Shown here piece after piece: positions 55,561 to 64,000 of a stretch of DNA of 64,000 bases. A program made the translations under genes and the position numbers. Under the pieces are notes generated by a model. The model did no database searches. It was not told the origin of the DNA and saw nothing but the letters and a program-made list of their open reading frames with translations. Numbering within the stretch: position 1 is the first letter of the stretch; each line of letters starts with the position of its first letter. Origin of the DNA: Blasia pusilla (Eukaryota). The stretch is from positions 35,774,001-35,838,000 of the forward strand of contig CM114271.1 in assembly GCA_050084515.1 (NCBI GenBank). The letters are read 5' to 3'.

Positions 55561-56700
55561 CTACGTTCGGAAGATGACATGGCGCACAATTGCGCATATG
55601 ATCCTTCCAAACCATACCATACTATCCCATCCCTCCAACATGAGGACTCCGGTCGGTAATACCTTGCGCACACGTAGGATCGTGCGCCCTGCAGTGACAT
55701 CTAGCGTCGTGGGTGCCACCTGCTGTAAATACATGTAATCTCCAGGATGAAACCTCCTAATCCTTGGATGATAATCTCCTCCACAAATGGTTGCGTACCT
55801 CAATGTATCTCTATGCTGAGCAATAGCTAAGTTCTCAAAGGCCATAGGCATAACTCTACGAAAAACCTCCGCCCTCTGAGAACATGCTTGTACCCACACA
55901 TCTGGATCATCAAGATCTAACACCTCCACCATGTCACGTTGAATCACTGTAGGTAAATCTGGCTCTCTCCCAATGAGCAAAAAGTACGGTGAAAATGACG
56001 CCAAGGATGCTTGCCGACTAAACAATAACCCATAGCCAACCATGGCAACTGTAGGTCCCACTCCCTCAACTATCCCGTTGCAAGCCATACTTGCGCAATC
56101 CTCTCTTCACCGTCTGTACCACTCTCTCCGCCAACCCATCTGCCTCAAGATGATCTCTGGACGTGGTGTAGTGATCTATCAGTGCCTGATCACACAAGGC
56201 CTGAAACTCTCCCCTGAACTCCGTACCCTGGTCAGTCAACACCTCCGCCGGTGCACCAAAGTGACTAAGCACACGATCTAGAAATTCATAAGTTGTTCCA
56301 TTCCTCGCCTTGTCCGGTAGTGCCACCAACTCTATCCACTTAGAGAAATGCTCCACCATGACCAACTCGTACCTATGATGACGTCCCGTCTATGGCAAAG
56401 GTCCCGCAAAGTCTAAACTCCACCAATAACCTAAACCCATAATAGGCAACGGATGTAACTGCGGAGTGGGAGCATTGAAGGATGCTCGCACTCTCTCACA
56501 TACCATACATTTGGCCACAAACTGTTGTACCCCAGTGTGCATGCCGCGCCACCAATACTGAACCTGGAGTAAGCTGTAAGTACACTTTACTCCAAAATGT
56601 CCCCATTCCTCATGGGCATGTCGCACTACACGTGCTCGCTGGGAAGGATGAGGTACCACTTGTATCCTATCATCTCCCCATACCCGCAAAATGTGAGTCC
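55561..56700 (-). pseudogene. gypsy-type DDE integrase (copy 3)
   Basis: HEEWGH...CMVC, SLDFAGP, VLTDQGTEF, DGLAERVVQTVK. Confidence 0.93.
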
Positions 56701-57049
56701 CCTCCCACCTGAACCTCCTGGCTCTCTGTAGGATCCGATCCCGCTACCTGGCACTCACTATGCTCGCTATGACGCTAGTGCGCAAGAACTCCACAACCTC
56801 CACGTCGTCATGGATATCACGACCACCTGTCGCCTCCTCACTGACCTCCGGATCCAAAGACTCATCATCCAACCCCACCATTGGAGTCATCACCTGTAGC
56901 TGACGTGCCATAGTCAACCAACAAAGATAGGCATATGCATGCCAACCGGGCACCATCTCCTCATCACTCTCTCCATCGAGCTCCTGTGTCGTCTCTCTGA
57001 CTCGGACATGGGTTATGACTCAACTCATCCGCATCCTGGTTCAGCCAAC

Positions 57050-58400
57050 CTGGCCTATCAACCACCTCAAACCCATACTCTTGTAGTAATAGAGCCCACC
57101 TGCCAAGCTTTCCCGTAAGCTTGGCGGACTCCATCAACCACCTCTACGGCTGATGATCAGTGGTAAGTGTGAAAGGGTTGCTGAATAAATAGCACCTGAA
57201 ATGTGCCATGGCCCACACTGCAGCCAAGCACTCTCCCTCGTAGGAGCTGTACTTCGCCTCTGCAATGTTGTTCAATTGGCTCGCGTAAGCCACAATGAAC
57301 TCCCTCTCCCCGTCATCCCTCTGAGTAAGCATTGTTCCTAGATCCAACATGCTCCAATCTATATGTAACTAGAATGGGCGACCCCTAACCGGTCTCTATA
57401 AAATGGGTGAGGACGTCAACCTGTCCTTGAGATCCTGAAATGCTCGCTCCTCATCATCTCCCCACAACCAAACCTGATCAAGTCTCGTCAATAAGGTCAA
57501 AGACTTTGAGATCGCACTAAAACCCTTGACAGACCATCGATAGAAGTTCGCCAGTCCAAGAAATGCTCAAAATCGACTCATATCTGTAGGGCGTGGAAAT
57601 TGTGCAATAGCCTCTACCTTCGTCTGCTGAACGCCTAATCCACTCGGGTATATGGTGTGTCCCAAGTACTCAATCTACTCCTGAAATAATCTGCACTTGC
57701 CTGGATATAACTTCAGTCCATGTAACTGCAATCTCCAAAACACCTCCTCCAGGTGTCGCTCATGCTCCTCAACCGTGGAACTAAAGATAAGAATATCATC
57801 TATGTAACATTGTACAAACTCCAAGCCAGCCAGAATCCTATCCATCACTCTCTGAAACTCTGCAGGCGTGTTCTTCAACCCAAATGGTAAGAACCGCCAC
57901 TGATACAAGCAATCTCTCCCGAACCGATCTATCCCCCAGAATGTTGTCTTCCTCCTTGTCCTCCAACTTGATAGGAAGCTCATGATAGCCAACACAAAGA
58001 TCTAAAGTACTGAAGATCTTTGCATGCCCTACCGCATCAAAGATCTCCTCAGGAGTAGGCATGGCATACCGATCTGACCTCGTCTGTCGGTTGATAGGAC
58101 GTTAATCTCCACACATCCGCCTATCCGTCCAATTGTCATACATATCCTTCTTTGCCGGCATGACTCGGGCAGATGCATACTCCCCATGTGATAACTCCAC
58201 AAGTCCTGACTCCTGCTCTGAATTAAGGCTCGCTCCATATCCGAATACGTGTAGGGTCGACGAAAGATCGACGTATCACTAGCCAACTCAATCCGTATCC
58301 CAGGATCCTTCAGCGTATCCAAGTCTCTCATATTGAAGGCAAAAAAATTGACATGCCCTCTCAGAAACCTATGAACTCGCCGTCGCTCTCCTCCTATCAA
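57050..58400 (-). pseudogene. Reverse transcriptase and RNase H (copy 3)
   Basis: MPTPEEIFD..FSTLDL..GYH, LPFGLKN, YIDD (~57800), VAYAS..YSSYEGECLA, TDHQP. Confidence 0.95.
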
Positions 58401-58759
58401 CTTGAGACCTATCATAGGCTCCCAAGTCTCCATCGTGACCTCACTTGATGAGGACGCAACCTCCAGATTTGGTTGCTATGTAGCAACCCTAGCCACCTCC
58501 GCAATAGCCACCTCCGCAATAGCCACTCCACGGTGACCTCCTAGACCATGCTCCACATCCAAAAAATGAACATGTGTTACTCTAGCCGCCTTTGCACTCT
58601 CTGCTCAAACGACGTCCTAGGAAGTCCATGGGTGCCTATCTCTCCTCGTCTCGCCCCCAGCTAATGCCTGTACAGACCCTGTAGGCAATGGTCTAACTTG
58701 TGGACGTAACAGCATGGATGACACTCGTATCCGTCTCTGCTCAGCCATACCTAGGCTGA

Positions 58760-59700
58760 CTATCCATGTGAGACAGTTGAGGACCATCACCTGCCCCAAC
58801 ACCTCTCTTCGGGATGTCTAAGTCATCCCTGGAACCGCCGTAGTAGCGGTAGCAAACCCCATGGCGCGCTCGCGCTCATCTGCTGTAGGCTCCTCCAATG
58901 CTCCGGTCACCTCATCCCAAATCATGCCTGGCCCTCCTTGACGAAAGGCATGGGATGCTGGGAAGCTCACCAACATAGGTAAGGCTGCCCTCAACTCCCC
59001 CACCCTATTGGCCATGGCCAACGGTGGTCTATCATCCTGTGTCACCACCTGAGATTGTCGTCCTGAGCCCCAAATTGCATCCACTATGAGATGTGGTGCT
59101 CTCTGGACTCCATCGTATGCTCGACTCAGTACCTCTGATGGTATCCGGTTTGTCCACCACAGTCGTGGACGATGGGCACGTGATCCAACTCTCGACGCAT
59201 CTAGCAACACAGCAAGTCCCAACCAGGACCTCACCTGATGCACACTCGTCATCACACGTGCATGAGTGTCTCCCAACAACGGCACGTTCTCCAAAATGTA
59301 CGTTGGAGAACATGTCTGACTCTCCTGCAAGTGTCGTACTACTCGCAACATCTCCCAAAACATCCCTGACCTCGGATCGTGCAATCCAAATCCTCGGCCA
59401 GTTGATGAATGACCCTGACATGGCCATCCAGCAATCACCAAATGAATGGTGCCAACTCTATCCAGATCCTACCCCCCAAAGAGATGTCGGCGGGTAGTGT
59501 ATGCTGATATCCCCGTATTGTGGATACCGGCAACAACTCAGGAGACCTCTGGACCAATCTCGTCACGTGACATATTGATACTCGCCACACGGTCTCATCT
59601 ATCTCCACATAATGGTACTTATGCACCCGTATGCCCGCCTGCAATACTACAGCCAATCCGGTGCTAATCCCTCCGAAGAGATCTAACACCCTAACACCCT
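58760..59700 (-). pseudogene. DNMT3-like C5 cytosine methyltransferase domain, motifs I-X (copy 3)
   Basis: VRVLDLFGGISTGL (I), YVEIDE (II), IAGWPCQGHS (IV), ILENV (VI), LDASRVGSRAHRPRLWWTN (VIII), ERERAMGF (IX), VLGQVM (X). One frameshift near 59440-59480 and a stop at 58818. Confidence 0.95.
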
Positions 59701-60059
59701 CCTCTGGGCACTCCCACACAACGGGTGTCGTATCTAGTGGGGTCAACGTCTCCACTCCAAGAGCCCGATTGCCACGTGACTCTCGCTGCTCCGAGATAAA
59801 GGCATGACTCCACGCCTGCCTCACGAGGTCTTCGACACTCCTTTGTAGCTCTCAAGTCGTACCCCACAATGGTGAAGAGGTCTCGCCAACATGGGAAGAG
59901 ACATCCGCCATGGCCTGTCTCTCTGTGGGACTATCCGCTACTGGGACATCCTCCGTATGTGCATTCCCCTCCAACAACTCTCTTGGCCAGCTAACACTAC
60001 CTGTGAAAGCTGCCAACGTGGTCATAGACTCGCCTCGTGATCGACCACCTTATCCCGCA

Positions 60060-62461
60060 AACTACACGGGTAATTGACTCATCCGCCCGTCACCTGACCG
60101 CCACCCTGGCCGATAAGCAATGATCTCCTCCCAAAAGACAAGGATGAATCCTTGGGGATATAACACTGAACTCCCCACAAACACATCGTACGACTCAGCT
60201 GGTGTCGTAATCGCATGTGTGCGCACCATAGCACTATCCGTTGCATGCTCTGGCTGGACTCTAATAACTATCTCTTGCCGAGTCATATATTGCGTGGGTG
60301 ACACACCCCCAATCGAGGTCTGTATATGGAAGACAAGGCTCAATGTCGGCCTTCCGTAACCTCAACGCTAAACACACCGCCTTCCCTAACATCAAGGGTT
60401 ACGCTCCCGAATCAAGTAGGACGCGCTGCGTGTGTTATACCGTCCCCGTCGGACTAACCAAGCAAAATACTCTAGCTCGGTTATCCAGTAGCACTATCCA
60501 AGTGTCACCACTGCTCGCTCTATGGCCGGTCGAGCTAGCATATCTACCAACTTTGCCGCCGCCGCATGCCATGACTATGTGGGGAACGTCCCAAGCACCG
60601 GCTTTGAGGGCAAGTTCACCACCTCCTCAACTACCTATGAACAAGAAACCATCACCTCTCCACGCTCACACAACGTGGCGGCCAGCCGGAACACCTCAGC
60701 TGGTCCAACTCCCAAGGTCGCCAACTCTATGGCGGAGAATAGTGGAGTCTGACTCACTCTGGTGGCCACCTCCAACACTATGGTCGATATTGACTCCACT
60801 CGAGCCGGCATAGGAGTTGTCACTCCAACTCCTCGTGATGTCGACGCACCTGCTAGAGCTATAGGCACCGCTGGTTGTCGAGGCACCATCGATGGTGTGT
60901 GTAGTGCCTCCAACAATGAGAATGACTGTTGAACCCTGGCCTGCCGCCCATCAGTCCCCTCTAGTGGGTCAATCTCAACTCCACCTCTCGATGGCTCGGT
61001 GCCTCTCGCAGAACTTTGAGTCACCACTGTAGCTGCCTCAACCTAGGCTGCACTACACATAAACCCCATACTGGAGAGATCCTCACCCCGGTCAAGGTAA
61101 GAGGTAGAAGCTGGAGCCACACTAGCTGCTCGCGGCTCCATGCCTTCCCTGAGCTCTATCATCGTCATGGCAGCAATCCTCTGCTCCAACTCATCGATGC
61201 GTGAGAGAAGTGTCGGCTCTAGTTCTCCTACTCCATCTCCTTTGGCTGGTGGTGGTCCTCTACCACCACGTCCAGGAAGAACTCCCCAACCTCCTCCAAG
61301 ACGACCGCCCCCAGGCCCTTGGCCTACCTCTTGGTGTGCCTCTCGGTGAAGGTCAAAACACCTATCCCTACTGTGACCATATCTATGGCAATAGTCACAC
61401 TGGTGTTGTGGTGGGGCCATCCTCTGTGGCTCCTTAGCAATCGGAGGTGCTCGTGGTCCTCTCCCATGCTGTGGGGAGTCTCTCTACCTATGGGCCCCTC
61501 CACACGTCCAACAAGACCACATCGGTCCCTGCTGGGCAACATATGTAGGTACGGGTCGTTGCCTCATAGGCTCACGGTACCCGCCCTGCTCTCTGGGCAC
61601 ACCGGCCCGCTCCCGTGGTACTGGTGCTCGCTGTGGCACCTGTGGGGTCATCAGCGCTCATGGACCCGTCGACTCTCAAGAAAATCCTGCGGTCACTACC
61701 TGCTCCTCACTCATGTTGAGCTCAATACCCTCAGACAACTCGAAGACCACCTTCAATGTGGGCTCTGCTGTGTGAATCAGCACCGCATCCCGAACTCTCC
61801 TCCGTAGTTCTCAATCCAGAACCCTGTACCAATACTGGATTGACTGCGCCTCAGTCACTCCATACGTAGCAATGATCAGCCTCCTCATATGTGTGAATGC
61901 CTCTCTCAGACTCTCACCCGATTGTCGCTAAAAATCTCGTAGACTCTTCAGCTTGTCGATGCGTACGCCTTGGTAGCTCTTCCCCAACTTTCGGAAGAAC
62001 TGCACTGTGGGGCTGAAGCTAAGTGGCCCTCTACCACCAGAGATCTCTGCCACATCCCCTGTCTCACTGCCCTCCTCTCCATCTAGTCTCCGGGCTGATG
62101 GTGTGGGTCTCTCTCCTCTCACAATCCCATCATATGCCTCGCGACCACTACTAGACACATATCTTGGAGCCCAATACATCCTCCAAGCATCGATCTCTAT
62201 TGAATATAGTGATCAAAACTCCATGTAGTCATCCATCGGAGGACCCTCCAAGTGCTGGAACAACCCTTGCCATGCCATGAAAGGGTTGAACCGTGTCGGG
62301 GTCCGTATCTCCTGGAAATCGCACCACGTGTCGAACTCCTGGATAAAATCATCTAAGTCCATGATGCCCATTTGCACCCAAGAAACGACGCATGCCCCGA
62401 TGGCCCATGTCGTCCATCTCCTGCCAAGTACTACTATCTCTGTCTGCGATCTTGTCACCAT
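60060..62461 (-). pseudogene. gag and protease region (copy 3)
   Basis: MDLDDFIQEFDTWC; zinc knuckle CDYCHRYGHSRDRC; RVLLDSGA*PLMLG ~60385-60430. Confidence 0.85.
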
Positions 62462-63717
62462 ACCCAGTGTCTAGTGATGATGATCTTGTCACGGATGGAT
62501 GTCGAGGTAGCTTTTTTTTGGTAACCCCTCGGTATCTCACTCCACTCTATGTCACACCACCACCACTACTCGCACTACCCCGTTCTTCCGAACCTTGGAA
62601 GAATGCCGTGATGACAAACCGTGTCTCACCCGCTCAAGCACTCAGACTCACCGAGAGTCTCCCACACTCCTCACTAGCTCACCTATGCTAACATCAATCC
62701 TGTGATGACATACCCGGCCTCACGCACACTCAACACTCGGGCTCACCATGAGCCTCCCAACTGCCTCACCTAACCTAGCGACACTCTCTCGGGTCATACA
62801 CGCGACCCCTACTCGGCAACCACCGTATATCCACCAACATGCTACACATGAAAAGAATCTACACTCATCACCATCACTGCACCCATCTAGCACCAACTAC
62901 TACCCGATACCCAGCACTCTCAATCACACACGACAAGTGCACAAAAGGGACTCGAATGGGTAACCTGATAACGCCCTCCAACCTACTGCACCGTCAACAT
63001 CCACTCCTCCACATGATATGACAACCTCCGCAACACCACACTCTCCTCAACCAACATGTGAAACCTCCCGTCAGTGTAGGTTCGTGTGTCCCCATCACAA
63101 CCCTCGCAATTCCCAGTCGGTGAAGAACTAATGAGTCGTCCTCCAACCTACTCGTAACGACCGACAAAGTCCTATCGCAAATCCCATCCACGCTCGCGAG
63201 ACACTAAGTCCTGCAAAACTCTCCACTGCGTAACCGAATTCAACCACGTCGGACCCCAACCATGTCTTCCCTTATGACTACGTCCGACTTTACCATGTCA
63301 CTCCCGTCAATTGTGGTACCATGTCGGACTGCCCTACCACGTTCAGCCCCTGCAACTCCACCACATCCACTCGGCCCTGACCACATCCACATGTGCCATA
63401 CCACGTCCATCACGGTGCCCTATGCACCTCCTTAAATGCGAAAAATGGGGGAGGAGGAACCTGGCCCACGGCCCTATGCAGGCCTCCCTTAGTACGGGAA
63501 AGGGGGGCGTGCGGCCCTATGCGTGCCTCCCACATTGCGGGGAGGGGGGGGGGGATTTAGGGTTTAGGTGCGCGCATGTGTTGTGTGATCTCCATGTATA
63601 TGTATGAGTTGATTTTTGTACATGTGTGGATCGACCCGTGTGTGGGGAAGATCGGTGTTGTATGGTGTAGATGTGACCAGCGATGTATGTTGTGTAGCAA
63701 TAGGTATGCGCACGACA

Positions 63718-64000
63718 GCCTGCCCTCGGAGCATGTACGCGGTATGTCCCCCACTCGATCATGGCAAGTTTTGGCGGCGAAGTTGATGGATATGCCATCT
63801 TGACCAACCATAGAGTGATCCATGATGACACCAGATATAGTATTGCTGGACAATTGAGTTGGAGTCTTTTGCTTGGTTAGTTCAATAGGTACGTTGTACC
63901 ATCCAAAGTGCGTTCTACGGGTGCGCAACCCTTGATGTTAGGAAAGGTGGTGTGTTTGGTGTTTCGGACATGAAATATTGAGCCTTGTCCCTTTCAGATA
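63718..64000 (+). mobile_element. Right continuation of the older copy interrupted at 53784
   Basis: Rejoining gives GTG GTA GAC CTG CCC TCG GAG (VVDLPSE), followed by family sequence SWQVLAAKLMDMP. Confidence 0.85.

Larger units (their letters stand above)
53785..63717 (-). mobile_element. DNMT/PHD Ty3/gypsy-like retrotransposon, copy 3 (all domains present, decayed; core inverted relative to termini)
   Basis: Ends TGTCACATC...GCACGACA; TSD ACCT / GCCT. A1(+) 53785-54264; A2(-) 54677-55156; B1(-) 55159-55295; ORFs(-) ~55370-62460; B2(+) 63580-63717. Confidence 0.92.

Noticed and set aside
58760-59700. Host DRM/DNMT3 gene or bacterial restriction-modification methylase
   Set aside because: Intronless, embedded in pol at the same position in three copies, motif order unpermuted (unlike DRM), and no endonuclease or bacterial context.
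53785-63717. Classification as a DIRS (tyrosine recombinase) element
   Set aside because: The repeat layout is DIRS-like, but the element has a protease, an HHCC/DDE integrase, TG...CA ends and TSDs, and I saw no tyrosine recombinase.

Overview
AT-rich, transposon-dense eukaryotic DNA, most likely from a land plant (a bryophyte-like host is an inference from gene style, not shown). There are two recognisable host genes: an intronless N-myristoyltransferase (9552-10958, +) and a spliced FAR-17a/AIG1-like membrane protein gene (23694-~26234, +). Most of the rest is nested mobile DNA: a decayed Ty1/copia element, two ~1.27 kb solo-LTR-like units, hAT-type MITEs, and five copies from two subfamilies of an unusual Ty3/gypsy-like retrotransposon. 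Its polyprotein order is gag (2 zinc knuckles) - protease - DNMT3-like C5 cytosine methyltransferase - RT - RNase H - DDE integrase - PHD finger. Instead of two ordinary LTRs it has split repeats, A1-ORFs-B1.A2-spacer-B2. The internal B/A joint is a palindromic CA-GC-TG 'circle junction', the target-site duplications are 4 bp, and no tRNA primer site is visible. In the most complete copy (53785-63717) the ~8.8 kb core is inverted between 38-bp inverted repeats. All copies are degenerate (stops and frameshifts). Coordinates were read by eye and may be off by a few bases.
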